Shown here: positions 9,711 through 20,745 of the stretch, piece by piece
Position numbering within the stretch: the stretch's first letter is position 1
Layout of the letters: the number at the start of each line of letters is the position of its first letter
From: an uncultured delta proteobacterium
Lineage (GTDB): Bacteria; Myxococcota_A; Polyangia; Polyangiales; Polyangiaceae
Length of the DNA: 64,000 nucleotides
Assembly: GCA_963806225.1 (NCBI GenBank)
Contig: CAWDXG010000003.1
Location: 160,001-224,000, forward strand
Direction: 5' to 3'
Translations under genes and position numbers: made by a program
Notes under the pieces: generated by a model
What the model was told of the DNA's origin: nothing
What the model saw: only the letters and a program-made list of their open reading frames with translations
The model's database searches: none

Positions 9711-9791
9711 GCCGGCGGGCGCAGGAATTCGCCCAGCACACGCCAGATTCTACGTGCCTCGGGGCCGCACAACGGGTACGGATCCCCCATC

Positions 9792-10301
9792 ATGCGGCTG
9801 TACAGCGCCAAGGTGCCCCAGGTTGCCTCCGAAATCGTCGCTGCACTCACGGCCGAGGGCGACATCGAGTGCCAGGCCCCCAAGGAGGTCAAGCTCGATG
9901 TCGAGGCCGTGCTGAACCAGTACGTGAGCGACGAGCAGGAGGTCAACGACCGCGCGCGGGACATGGCCGCCCAGCGCAATCTGCCGCCGAGCGAGCTGGG
10001 CCGTCTCAGGCGGCTGCTCGCCTCCGAGAAGGGCATCAAGCTCGGCGAAGAGGCCATCGACTATCTGCTCGACCAGCTGCTGGAAATGCTCATGCACTCC
10101 GGCAACGTCGAAGAGATCTACTCCGAGGACGTCGAACTGCGCCGCAAGATGCGCGCTCCGCTGCGCAAGCAGGAGCAGGCCGAGGACGAGCTGGCCCAGG
10201 AGGTGCGCGGGCGGCTCAAGCACGTCAAGGAAGGCACCAGCATGTGGGAGATCGAGTACCGGCGCATGATGGACGACATCAAGCGCCGCAAGGGCCTCTG
10301 A
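9792..10301 (+). CDS. DUF507-family protein
   Basis: MRLYSAKVPQVASEIV; duplicated E..(V/L)..R motif; C-terminal EYRRMMDDIKRRKGL. Confidence 0.75.
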   Translation: MRLYSAKVPQVASEIVAALTAEGDIECQAPKEVKLDVEAVLNQYVSDEQEVNDRARDMAAQRNLPPSELGRLRRLLASEKGIKLGEEAIDYLLDQLLEMLMHSGNVEEIYSEDVELRRKMRAPLRKQEQAEDELAQEVRGRLKHVKEGTSMWEIEYRRMMDDIKRRKGL

Positions 10302-10323
10302 CAGAGGCGCCGGACGCTCTCGC

Positions 10324-11274
10324 ATGGCGCGCTACCTGGTCACCGGCGGCGCGGGCTTCATCGGCTCGAATCTGGTGCTGGCGCTGGCTCGCGCGGGCGA
10401 GCGGGTGCGGGTGGTCGACGACCTTTCCTTCGGCAGCTGGGACAACCTCGACGGCACCGACCCGGAGCAGGTGGAGCGCATCACCGGCGACGTGCGCGAC
10501 GCCGAGCTGATGGCGCGCGCATGCGCCGGGGTGGAAGTCGTGTTCCACGAAGCGGCGATCGGCTCGGTCCCGATCAGTGTCGAAGATCCGGTGCGCGCCG
10601 ACTCGGTGAACGTGGGAGGCACCGTCGCCATGCTGGATGCAGCGCGGCACGCCGGAGTCCGGAGGGTGATCTTCGCGGCATCCGCCGCGGCGTATGGCGA
10701 TCTGCCAGGCCTGCCCAAGCGCGAGGACATGCCGACAGCGCCGCTGTCCCCGTACGCCGTGAGCAAGCTCGCGGCCGAGCAGTACCTGAGCGTGTTCGCG
10801 TCGCTGTACGGCATGGAGACGCTCAGTCTCCGCTATTTCAATGTCTTCGGCCCGCATCAGCGACCCGACGGCGCCTACGCGGCGGCCATTCCGCGCTTTG
10901 CGTGGGCCGCGCTCACGGGCGAGCAGCTGACCGTGTTCGGCGACGGTGAGACCACGCGCGATTTCTGCTTCATCGACAACGTCGTGGCGGCCAACCTGGC
11001 GGCGGCCCAGAGCCCGCGGCGGCTGACCGGAGAAGTCGTGAACGTGGCCACGGGAACGCGCGTGTCGCTGAACCAGGTGGTAGCCGAGCTCGGCAGCGTG
11101 CTCGCCAAGAAGCTCGACGTGACCCACACGGACCCACGCCCAGGCGACGTCCGGAACTCCGTCGCCGCCATCGACAAGGCGCGCGAGCTTCTGGGCTACG
11201 AGCCGAAGGTGGATTGGAAGCAGGGGCTCGCGCCCACGGTGGAGTACCTGCGTGGGCTCGGGGCAGGCTCGTGA
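10324..11274 (+). CDS. NAD-dependent epimerase/dehydratase (extended SDR, UDP-glucose/GlcNAc 4-epimerase-like)
   Basis: LVTGGAGFIGS; YAVSK catalytic YxxxK; LRYFNVFGP; GDGETTRDF. Confidence 0.92.
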   Translation: MARYLVTGGAGFIGSNLVLALARAGERVRVVDDLSFGSWDNLDGTDPEQVERITGDVRDAELMARACAGVEVVFHEAAIGSVPISVEDPVRADSVNVGGTVAMLDAARHAGVRRVIFAASAAAYGDLPGLPKREDMPTAPLSPYAVSKLAAEQYLSVFASLYGMETLSLRYFNVFGPHQRPDGAYAAAIPRFAWAALTGEQLTVFGDGETTRDFCFIDNVVAANLAAAQSPRRLTGEVVNVATGTRVSLNQVVAELGSVLAKKLDVTHTDPRPGDVRNSVAAIDKARELLGYEPKVDWKQGLAPTVEYLRGLGAGS

Positions 11275-12143
11275 AGAGCATGACCGGCTTCGGGCTGGGC
11301 GAAGCGGCGCTCGGCGAGGGGCGCGTGGCGCTCGAGGTGCGCTCGCTCAACCATCGCTTCCTCGATGTGCGCGTGCGCATGCCGTCCGAGCTGTCCGACC
11401 AGGGGTTCTACCTCGAACAGCTCGCGCGCGAGCTGCTGACGCGCGGTCGCTACGACATCGGCGTGCGCCTGGAGGGCACACCCCTGCCCCCGCCGCGCCT
11501 GGACCTGGCCCGGGCCCGCGCCGCGTACCTGGCGCTGTCGAAGCTCAGGGACGAGCTGGCGCCGGGCAGCGAGCTGCCCCTCACCGCGGTGACGGCGGTG
11601 CCGGATCTCCTGTCGAGCAGCTCCGTGGCAGAGGTAGACGCGGTGCGCGCGGCATTGAAGAGCGCGCTCGAGCGCGGGCTTTCGAGCCTGGACGAGATGC
11701 GGCGGGCAGAGGGCAACGCGCTCGAGCGCGAGCTCAGAGCGCGGCTCGATGCGGCGAAGAAGCTGCTCGACGCGATCGCGGAGCGCGGTGACGAGATGGT
11801 CCAGGCGCACCGCGAGCGACTCCGACAACGCCTCGAGCGGCTGCTCGACAACACCGGCGTCGGCGTGGAGCAGGGCCGGATCGAAACGGAGATCGCGGTG
11901 CTGGCCGACCGCAGCGACGTGACCGAGGAGCTCGTCCGGCTGGGAAGCCACTACGTCCAGTTCGGTGAGCTGCTCGACAAGGACGAGCCGGTCGGCCGCC
12001 GGCTCGATTTCCTGCTTCAGGAGGTCGGACGCGAGGTGAACACGGTCGGCTCGAAGAGCCAGGACGCACCAGTCGCCCATCTGGTAGTAGAGATGAAGTC
12101 CGAGATCGAGCGCATGCGGGAGCAGGTGCAGAATGTCGAATAG
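11271..12143 (+). CDS. yicC: YicC/YloC family endoribonuclease
   Basis: MKSMTGFG, EVRSLNHRFLD, DVTEELVRLGSH, GRRLDFLLQEVGREVNTVGSK, ERMREQVQNVE; GTGA overlap; upstream of gmk. Confidence 0.95.
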   Translation: MKSMTGFGLGEAALGEGRVALEVRSLNHRFLDVRVRMPSELSDQGFYLEQLARELLTRGRYDIGVRLEGTPLPPPRLDLARARAAYLALSKLRDELAPGSELPLTAVTAVPDLLSSSSVAEVDAVRAALKSALERGLSSLDEMRRAEGNALERELRARLDAAKKLLDAIAERGDEMVQAHRERLRQRLERLLDNTGVGVEQGRIETEIAVLADRSDVTEELVRLGSHYVQFGELLDKDEPVGRRLDFLLQEVGREVNTVGSKSQDAPVAHLVVEMKSEIERMREQVQNVE

Positions 12144-12768
12144 CGGGCCGCTGTTGTTGATCGTCTCCTCCCCCTCGGGCGCAGGCAAGACCACGCTCAC
12201 CGGGAGACTGCGGCAACAGATTCCGGATCTCGGCTTCAGCGTGTCGCACACCACCCGCAAGCCCCGCGCCGGCGAACAGAACGGCCGCGAGTACCACTTC
12301 GTCGGTCGCGAGACCTTCGAGAAGCTGATCGAGCTGGACGAATTCGTGGAGTGGGCCGAGGTCCACGGCAATCTCTACGGCACCACGCGGGCGGAGCTGG
12401 ACCGCGCGTCCGGCGCACGAGGCCTGATCTTCGACATCGACCACCAGGGCGCCCGCCAGATCAAGAGCGCCAGGCCCGACGCCGTCGCTGTGTTCATCCT
12501 GCCCCCGAGCATGGACGTCCTCGAGAAGCGGCTGCGAGGACGTGCCAGCGAGGACGAGGAGACGGTGCAACGGCGCTTCCGCGTGGCGCGCGAGGAAATC
12601 GCGCACTACGGCCTCTTCGACTACGTGCTGGTGAACGACGACCTGGACGAAGCCACGATCCGGCTCGTGTCCGTGTTCCGGGCGGAGGAATGCCGGCGCG
12701 CGCGGCAGGCCAGGATCGCCGAGCGGCTGCTCGCCCAGAACCGCGACTTCGGGCAGGCCCCGCGCTAG
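12133..12768 (+). CDS. gmk: guanylate kinase
   Basis: SSPSGAGKTT, SVSHTTRKPRAGEQNGREYHFV, EWAEVHGNLYGT, DIDHQGA. Confidence 0.96.
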   Translation: MSNSGPLLLIVSSPSGAGKTTLTGRLRQQIPDLGFSVSHTTRKPRAGEQNGREYHFVGRETFEKLIELDEFVEWAEVHGNLYGTTRAELDRASGARGLIFDIDHQGARQIKSARPDAVAVFILPPSMDVLEKRLRGRASEDEETVQRRFRVAREEIAHYGLFDYVLVNDDLDEATIRLVSVFRAEECRRARQARIAERLLAQNRDFGQAPR

Positions 12769-12836
12769 CCCGCGGAGACCCCGCCGGCCGGGGCGCGGCT
12801 TGATTGGCGCGCGCGCGCCATGTTACGGCCCGCATC

Positions 12837-13709
12837 ATGAACCGTGTCCTCGGCGTCATCGGCGGCAGCGGCATCTACGCAATCGACGGGCTCTCCAGCG
12901 TGGAGGAGGTCGTGGTCGACACGCCCTTCGGCTCGCCCAGCGACGCGATCGTTCGCGGCAAGCTCGGCAACGCCACGCTGCTTTTCCTGCCACGACACGG
13001 CCGCGGCCACCGCATCCCACCCCACAGGATCAACTACCGCGCGAACATCTGCGCGCTGAAGAAGCTCGGCGCCGGACAGGTCATCAGCCTCTCGGCCGTA
13101 GGCTCGATGAAGGAGGAGATTGCGCCCGGCGACGTGGTGATCGTCGACCAGTACATCGACCTCACCAAGCGCCGGATCAGCACGTTTTTCGACGACGACG
13201 TGGCGGCACACGTCGGATTCTCCGACCCGGTATGCCCCGCGCTGGCCGAGGCCGCAGCGGCAGCCGCAGAGCGGGCGGGAGCGACGCTGCATCGCGGCGG
13301 CACCTACGTGTGCATGGAAGGGCCACAATTTTCCACCCGCGCCGAGAGCCTGCTCTACCGCAGCTGGGGCGTCTCGGTCATCGGCATGACCTCGATGCCC
13401 GAGGCGAAACTGGCGCGGGAAGCCGAAATGCCGTACGCCACCATGGCGCTTGCAACCGACTACGACTGCTGGCACGAAACGGAAGAAGCCGTTTCGGTCG
13501 ACAGCGTGCTCGCCGTGCTGCGGCACAACGCCGAGCTCGCGAAACGCATGGTCGCCGAACTGGCGGCAAGCCTGCCGGACCCGGCCCAGAGCCCGGCATC
13601 CAGGGCGCTCGAGTCCGCCCTGATCACCCCCACGGACAGCATCAGCGCCGAAGCGCGCGCCCGGCTCGATTGGCTGATCCGCCCCTACCTCGAAAAAGAG
13701 CAGCGATGA
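12837..13709 (+). CDS. mtnP: S-methyl-5'-thioadenosine phosphorylase
   Basis: GVIGGSG, RHGRGH, INYRANI, MEGPQFSTRAES, IGMT..PEAKLAREAE, TDYDCW. Confidence 0.93.
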   Translation: MNRVLGVIGGSGIYAIDGLSSVEEVVVDTPFGSPSDAIVRGKLGNATLLFLPRHGRGHRIPPHRINYRANICALKKLGAGQVISLSAVGSMKEEIAPGDVVIVDQYIDLTKRRISTFFDDDVAAHVGFSDPVCPALAEAAAAAAERAGATLHRGGTYVCMEGPQFSTRAESLLYRSWGVSVIGMTSMPEAKLAREAEMPYATMALATDYDCWHETEEAVSVDSVLAVLRHNAELAKRMVAELAASLPDPAQSPASRALESALITPTDSISAEARARLDWLIRPYLEKEQR

Positions 13710-14629
13710 GCAAAAAGAGCAGCACCCCCGTCCTGATTGTCGGCTCGATGGCCTTCGACGACCTCGAGCTGCCCACCGGCGCGTCCAAGGACGTGGTCGG
13801 CGGATCGGCGACCTACGCCTCGATGGCCACCAGCCTGTTCGCGCCGGCGCGCGTTGTGGCCGTGGTCGGAAGCGACTTCCCGAAAGAGACGCTCGGCGAT
13901 CTGTCGAGCCGCGGCATCGACACCACCGGCATCGAGACGGCCGACGGCAAGACGTTCCGCTGGGCGGGGCGTTACGCGGAGAATCTCTGCAGCCGCACCA
14001 CGCTGGACACGCAGCTCAACGTCTTCGCCGACTTTTCGCCCAAGCTGCCCGACAGCTACCGCGACAGCGAGTACATCCTGCTCGGCAACATCCATCCGGC
14101 GCTGCAGCTCCAGGTGCTCGAGCAGGTGAAGAACCCGCGCTTCGTGGCGGCGGACACCATGAACTTCTGGATTGAAGGCGAGCGTAGCGCGCTCGGCAAG
14201 GTGCTCGAGCGCATCGACACGCTCGTCATCAATGACGAGGAGCTGCGCCAGCTCGCGGACGAGTGGAACATCAAGAAGGCGGCGCGGGCGGTGCTCGACA
14301 TGGGGCCGAAGCGCCTGGTGGTGAAGCGCGGCGAGTACGGCGCCATGCTGTTCGACGAGCACGGTATCTTCTTCGCCCCGGCGTATCCGCTCGAGACCGA
14401 GATCGATCCGACCGGTGCCGGCGACACCTTTGCCGGCGCCCTGCTGGGCTACCTTGCCGACGAGGGCGAGCTGGATCGCTCGACGCTGCGCCGCTCGCTC
14501 ATGATGGCAGCGACGGTCGCGAGCTTCTGCGTCGAGGACGTCGGCACCCGCCGGCTCGCGGGGCTCGAGCGCTCGCAGGTCGCTGAACGGCTCGAATCGC
14601 TCCGCACGCTGGTACACTTCGGCGCGTAG
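13706..14629 (+). CDS. PfkB-family carbohydrate/nucleoside kinase
   Basis: VGSMAFD, GGSATY, DTMNFWI, VKRGEYG, DPTGAGDTFAG; ATGA overlap with mtnP. Confidence 0.92.
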   Translation: MSKKSSTPVLIVGSMAFDDLELPTGASKDVVGGSATYASMATSLFAPARVVAVVGSDFPKETLGDLSSRGIDTTGIETADGKTFRWAGRYAENLCSRTTLDTQLNVFADFSPKLPDSYRDSEYILLGNIHPALQLQVLEQVKNPRFVAADTMNFWIEGERSALGKVLERIDTLVINDEELRQLADEWNIKKAARAVLDMGPKRLVVKRGEYGAMLFDEHGIFFAPAYPLETEIDPTGAGDTFAGALLGYLADEGELDRSTLRRSLMMAATVASFCVEDVGTRRLAGLERSQVAERLESLRTLVHFGA

Positions 14630-14745
14630 CGCGAGCCGGGCGCCCGCTTGGCGCGGGGCTCTCGATCGGCTAACACGCGGTACCAGTGGCCGGCGTCTGC
14701 GCAGCAATGCGCCCTCGCGGCGGGTCGAGAGAGGAGTCCAGGCAG

Positions 14746-15759
14746 ATGTTGCGTTGTCCCTTTGGCCTCGTGGTGCCTTTCGTGGTGGCGGGCGTCGTGC
14801 TCGTCGCCGGTTGCAGCAGTAGCAACACCGACAACGGAGGCGGCTCGGCTGGCGCCACCGGAGGCTGCAAGCCGACCGCGGCGGAGTGCTACGGCGCCGG
14901 CCCGGACGGACCGGGCAACGCCTGCCTCGCCAAGGCCGACAACACCGGCGACAAGGTCCAGCTCAGGCTCAGCCAGCTCCAGGTCAGCTCGCCGGTGGCG
15001 CTGATCCAGCCCTTCATGCAGGACGCGATCATCACCAAGAAGATCAATCTGCACCAGCAGGCCTGCTACCAGTCCGGCGAGGCCGAGTTCAACATCCTGT
15101 TCGAGCTCGACACGAAGGCGAAGACGCTCACGGCCGGAGCCAGCATCCCGCAGGAGCTCATCGGCGCGCCCAAGGACGGCACCTGCTTCGCGAAATTCAC
15201 CGACCAGTCGTCGGGCATCGACGTAGGCCCCGTCTCCACGCCCTTCACCGTCAGCGGTGACACCTACTCGGCCAACTTCGACAAGCTGGTCCTCCCCATC
15301 TACATCAACCCGGTCCAGGACAGCTACGCGCTCCTGCCCCTGCACAACGTCGACGTGACGGCGACCCTGTCCAAGGATCACGACTGCGTCGGCTCGTTCC
15401 GCGCGGCCGATCTGCAGCCGCCGCTGTGCGCGCCGGCCGAAGGCGAGTTCGCCTGGGTGAACGGCGGTGGCTTCGACGCCTACATCACGGTGGCCGAGGC
15501 CGACACGGTGGACATCGTCGACCTGGGCGAGTCGCTGTGCGTCCTGCTCAGCGGCGACCCCGCCACCTGGAAGGGCACGGATCCGAAGCACACTTGCAAG
15601 GGTTCCGACCAGTACAAGGCGACCAACCAGCTGCCCGAGGGCGACTGGTGTTCCAGCACGAACTCGGCCAGCGGCTGCAAGGACGCCTGGCACCTGGTGA
15701 CGAAGTTCGCGGCGAGCGCCATCAAGATCGACGATGGCAAGTTCAACACCTGCAAGTAG
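14746..15759 (+). CDS. hypothetical Cys-containing lipoprotein
   Basis: GAGGAG RBS; lipobox LVAGC; strong GC3 bias; multiple Cys. Confidence 0.78.
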   Translation: MLRCPFGLVVPFVVAGVVLVAGCSSSNTDNGGGSAGATGGCKPTAAECYGAGPDGPGNACLAKADNTGDKVQLRLSQLQVSSPVALIQPFMQDAIITKKINLHQQACYQSGEAEFNILFELDTKAKTLTAGASIPQELIGAPKDGTCFAKFTDQSSGIDVGPVSTPFTVSGDTYSANFDKLVLPIYINPVQDSYALLPLHNVDVTATLSKDHDCVGSFRAADLQPPLCAPAEGEFAWVNGGGFDAYITVAEADTVDIVDLGESLCVLLSGDPATWKGTDPKHTCKGSDQYKATNQLPEGDWCSSTNSASGCKDAWHLVTKFAASAIKIDDGKFNTCK

Positions 15760-15760
15760 C

Positions 15761-15820
15761 AGGACGGGCGGCGGGGTAAGGGATTATCGCACCCGGCCCT
15801 ACCCCGCCTGACATCGTCCT
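15761..15820 (+). terminator. GC-rich stem-loop after the lipoprotein gene
   Basis: ggcggggta-a-ggg pairs with ccc-taccccgcc, outer aggacg pairs with cgtcct; no U-tract. Confidence 0.4.
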
Positions 15821-15979
15821 ACGCGACGCCGCTCATGTGGCCCCGCTTGTCGTGGTTGGATTCAGCGATTCGTCGAACAACCGGGCTTGCGTCCGCGCTA
15901 CACTCTGCGTGCACGTCCTTGCGCGCTGGGGCGCGTGAAAGCGCGGCCGCCTGGCCGCACTGCTTCGGGAGATGAACGC

Positions 15980-18900
15980 ATGCCTCGCTGGCTGAAGCAC
16001 TTCCTCTTCATTTTTGTCCTCGTCATATTCGGGGGTTGCGCAGGCAGCTGCTCGGGCTGTTCGGGCTGCGGGGTCACGCCTCTTCCCGGCGGGTTCCCCT
16101 CCGACAAGCGGGTCGAGAACGCCACCAGCGTGCGCCTCACCGACAGCGGCTTGAAGTTCCTGAGCGCGAACCTCGGGCCGATAGCCGGCAATCTGGTCGG
16201 TGGAGGCACCGATCCGAACGGCACGATCACGTTCGATGTTCCCCGTCGCACACCAGCACGACGGTGATCATCGCCAAGGTGAACATCGACGTATGCAAGG
16301 ACGGGCCGAAGCCGAACGCGAACCCGAAGGAGTGCATCGTCGAGATCGGCCTGGGCAAGGCCAACCTGACCATCGCGACCGCAGCACCGCACGACATCCA
16401 CGTCACCGGCACGTTGCCCGTGCGACTGCAGAGAGCGCCGATCAGCACCAGCATCGGCAGCATGTGCGCGTCGCTGGACAACGGCGGGAACTTCGCCGAC
16501 ATCCCGGTCAACGTCGACGTATCGCTGGAAACCGATCTCGACCCGACCCACGCGTCACGCAAGGGCTACACGAAGGTCAAGATCAACGCGCTCACGGTCG
16601 ACAAGAATGCTCTCGAGAGCAACCTGCACTTCGGCTGCGGCATCCTGGGCAGCATCACCAACTTCCTGAAGAGCTTCCTCGCCGGACAGCTCATCTCGCC
16701 GCTGACCGACTCGCTGAAGAGCACCGTCGAGCAGCAGCTGTGCACCAAGGAGGACCCGACCACCGGCGTCACCTGCCCCTCCGGAACCTATCCGGATTCC
16801 GGCGGGACCTGCCGCTACTGCTCACCGAACGCGCAGGGCCAGTGCCCCGACACCAGCGCCGAGTGCGTGGGCATGGCGCTCGGCACCGACGGGAACGTCA
16901 ACCTCGAGAGCGCGCTGGCCAGCATCTCGCCTGGCACCAAGGGCGGATTCAACTTCCTCGCGGCGCTCGGCGGCGAGGGCGCGCGCGACAACGACGCCAA
17001 CATGACCTGGGGCGATCTGGACCCGGTGAACAGCGGCGCAACGGTGGGCATGCTCGGCGGCGCCGAGCCCACGCCGATCGCCACCTGTGTTCCGATCAAG
17101 AATCTGACCCGCCCCGACGGGATCCCGATCCCCGACGAGATCCGCGCCAACACGGTCTCCAACTGGAGCGGAGCCGGTCCGGACGTCGGCTTCGCCGTCA
17201 GCCAGCGCTACATCAACTACCTGCTCGGCGGCGTGTACAACAGCGGCGCGCTGTGCCTCGGCATCGGCAGCAGCACGCTCGGCAGCATGCTGAACTCCAA
17301 CACGCTGGGCCTGCTCATCCCTTCGCTCAAGGATCTCGGCCGGCAACGCAAGCAGCAGCCGTTGGCGCTGATGGTCAGGCCGCAGAACCCGCCCACCGTG
17401 GAGGTCGGCAACGGCACGGATCTGGCCAAGGACCCGCTCTTGAAGGTCACGATGAAGCAGCTGGCCATCGACTTCTACGTCTGGTCGAGCGACCGCTACA
17501 TCCGCGCGTTCTCGGCCAGCTTCGACGTGATCATTCCGGTCAATCTCGACGTGAACGACAAGAGCCAGCTGACCCCGGTGCTCGACAAGATCGACGTATC
17601 GAATCCCAAGCTGTTCAACGCGCCGCTGCTGCGCGAGGACGAGAAGTCGGCGGCCGACGCGCTCGCCAAGATCATCGCGGGGCAGGTCGGCGGAGCGCTG
17701 GGCGGTTCGATCGCCCCGGTCGACATCAACGGCCAGCTGACCTCGCTCGGCATCCAGCTCACCATCCCGCCCACGGTGAAGGGACAGGGCAGCCCCGGAC
17801 TCCGGCTGCTCACCAAGGGCAGCGACAACTTCCTGGGAATCTTCGCTTCTTTCAGCACCGTGTCGGGGCCGACGGCCCCGCTCCTGCGCAGCCACACCAC
17901 GGCCGAGCTGGTCTCGAAGAAGGTCGACCCCAGAGGGCTGGCGCTCCCCACCATCACGGCCAAGGACCGGCCGAAGGTGGAGATCAGGGTCTCGAGCTCG
18001 CTCGACACCGGCGCACAGCCCGTCGAGTACCAGTACCGCCTCGACGGCGGCTTCTGGCACGAGTGGACGGACTCGCGCTACATCACCGTCGACTCGCCGA
18101 CGCTGTCGCTGCAGGCGCGGCACCACATCGACGTGCGTTCGCGCGTCGTGGGACAGCCGACGACGGTCGATCGCAGCTTCGCTTCGCTCGAGGTGCTGAT
18201 CGACAAGTCGCCCCCGGATATCGACCTGGCTTCGCACGTGTCCAGCGACCAGCTGGGCATCCAGGTGCGTGACGTGGTCTCCCCGCAGTCGGCCATCCAG
18301 GTGCGCTGGGCGCTCGATAGCGAGCCGTTCGGCGACTGGCAGACCGCCGACCAGGTCAAGGACATCGATGTCGCCCAGGCGAAGCGCATCAGCGTGGAAG
18401 CGAAGGACGAGGAAGGCAACATCGCGACGAAGCAGCAGGGCCTGATCCGCGGACGGCAGGATCCCGCGCTGGCTCCGGCGAGCAGCTGCGGCTGCCGCGT
18501 GCCTGGCGACGCAAGCCCGGCTGGCACGGGCTACGGGCTCGGCGCGATCCTCGGGCTGGGGCTTTTGTTCGGCCTGCGCCGCCGCGGCGGTCGTCGGGAC
18601 GACGACGACGAGCCCCCGGGCGGTGGACGCTCCAAAAGTGCCGTCCCCGCTCGTCTAGTGCGCGTCGCAGCGACCGCCGGCGCCATGCTGGTTGCCGCGT
18701 CGTGGTCGGGCTGCTCCTGCGGCAGCGACACGAAGAGCGACAAGCCGTCGGGCTGCCCCACCTGCGAACAGATCCTGCCGGGCCTGGTGGGCAGCTATTC
18801 GTCGGCGGCGGTCGGCCAGGACGGCAGCGTCTGGGTCGCCGGCTACGACGACATCGGATACACGCAAGCGCCCGACGCGGGCCCCGAGTCGATCCTGTTC

Positions 18901-20199
18901 GGCGATCTGGTGATCGGGAAATGGGACGGCCAGAAGGTCGACTGGCAAAGCGTCGACGGCCTGCCCGCGGTCGACCCCACCCTGGACCCCGGCACGACGG
19001 GCGGCCCGCCCGATCCGGAGTTCTACGACCCCAAGGGGTTCCGTCAGGGGCTGACCGATCCGGGCGACAACGTCGGTCTGTGGACGAGCATCCAGCTCGA
19101 CAGTGCGGGCAACCCGGAGGTGGCCTACTACGACGCCACCCACCGCGCGCTCAAGTTCGCCAGCTACGACGGCACGACCTGGAGCACGCAGACGGTGGAG
19201 TCCGACGATCACGGCGACATCGGACGCTACGCGAAGCTCTTGATCGTGGACGGCAAGCCGGTCATCGCGTACCTGGCCATCAAGCAGGGCGACAGCCCCG
19301 GTTCGGCCAAGAGCTCGGTGCGCGTGGCAACGGCCAGCACGGCAACGCCCGCCGCCACAGGCGACTGGAGCTTCGCCGACGCCGCGGTCGCCAACAGCGT
19401 CCCGTGCCGCGACTACACCTGCAACACGGGCGAGTACTGTCGCGTCGACACCGGCGTGTGCGAGAAGCCGGCCACGGGCTGCGATCCGAACTGCACCAGC
19501 GGCAACAAGTGCATGGACGTGGCCGGCACGCCGACCTGCACGGCGACGCTGAGCTCGACCGCCACCGAGGACTACCCGGAGGCGTACGGCCTGTACGTCT
19601 CGATGGCGCCGACGTCCTCGGGTCTCGGCATCGTCTTCTACGACCGCATCCACGGCAACCTGTACGGAGTGAGCGAGAACGGCGGCACCTGGGGCACGCC
19701 GCTCCTGCTCGACGGCCAGGCCAAGGACGCGCAGGGCAATGACATCGACACCGGCGACGTCGGCATCGGAGCGAGCCTGTTCATCGACCAGAGCGGCGAT
19801 TGGCACGTCAGCTACGTGAACGGCTTCGACGAGTCGGTGATGTACCAGATGGTCAAGGGCGGCACGACAGCGGGCAAGCCCGAGTTGGTGGACAGCGGCA
19901 GTACCCCCGACGGTCAGGCCGTGGTCGGCGACGACTCGGCGATCACCGTCACGGGCTCGGGCGAGGTGCACATCGCCTACCAGGACGCGACCAACGGTCA
20001 GCTGCGCTGGGCCGTGGGCGCACCCGCGCCGAGCGGCGGCGGGCATAACTGGACGGCCAAGTCGCTCAGCGTGGAGAGCGAGGCCTTCGCGGGCGCGTTC
20101 AACCACATCCTCGACGTGAACGGCTCCACGGAAGTCATGACGTGGTGGCGCAAGGGCAAGCCGATCACCGTCGGCGACGTGAAGCTCGTCACGCCGTAG
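15980..20199 (+). CDS. large surface protein: N-terminal lipoprotein (BPI/LBP-like start), internal MYXO-CTERM-like segment, second lipobox and C-terminal beta-propeller-like domain; 1-bp frameshift at C4 16241-16244
   Basis: MPRWLKHFLFIFVLVIFGGC; SVRLTDSGLKFL; SSCGCRVPG...GLGAILGLGLLFGLRRRGG; MLVAASWSGCSCG; repeats of the G.(W/Y).S..D..G.P.(V/I)AY type. Confidence 0.82.
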
Positions 20200-20285
20200 T
20201 TCGTATCCCCCCCGCCTGCCGGCGGGACCTGGCAGCCTCTGCGCGCAGAGCTGCGGCGCGACACCGCCGGCCCGGCGCGACCCTC

Positions 20286-20540
20286 CTACGCTGCTGCGGT
20301 GGCGCTCAGCACGCCGGTGGCCGGACCGTCCACCTTGTTGCGTTCCTCGGCCACGATCTCGAGAAGCTCGCCCTTGTCGGCGATGCCGGTTTCGAGCAGG
20401 ACGCGCATGTAGCCGTCCACGTAGCCGTGGGCGCGCGCGAGCCGCGCGTAGGCCACGCCGTCCATCCTGAGACGGAACACGTCGCGCAGCATCGCTCTCA
20501 GGGTCTCGAGCATCTCGGACTTTGAAGTTCTGGTCGGCAT
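20286..20540 (-). CDS. small hypothetical protein (84 aa)
   Basis: GGGAGA-like [43 protein letters not shown]; good codon bias. Confidence 0.7.
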   Translation of the reverse strand: MPTRTSKSEMLETLRAMLRDVFRLRMDGVAYARLARAHGYVDGYMRVLLETGIADKGELLEIVAEERNKVDGPATGVLSATAAA

Positions 20541-20745
20541 CTCCCAATCTCCCGTCGTCCGCGCTTTCGTGTGGATGCGCGTGACCCGATTCCGGTACCT
20601 GCACCGGCCCGGCCGGGCCAAGTTGTCGGCGGTGCGCCGCGGGCGGGAACGGTTGAACGACGCGCCCGGTGGCTCTATCTTTCCCGCGTCCGGCAGGTGG
20701 ACCCGCGCGCTGCGGGCCGCCATGACGCGACACAGCGAGGCATCC

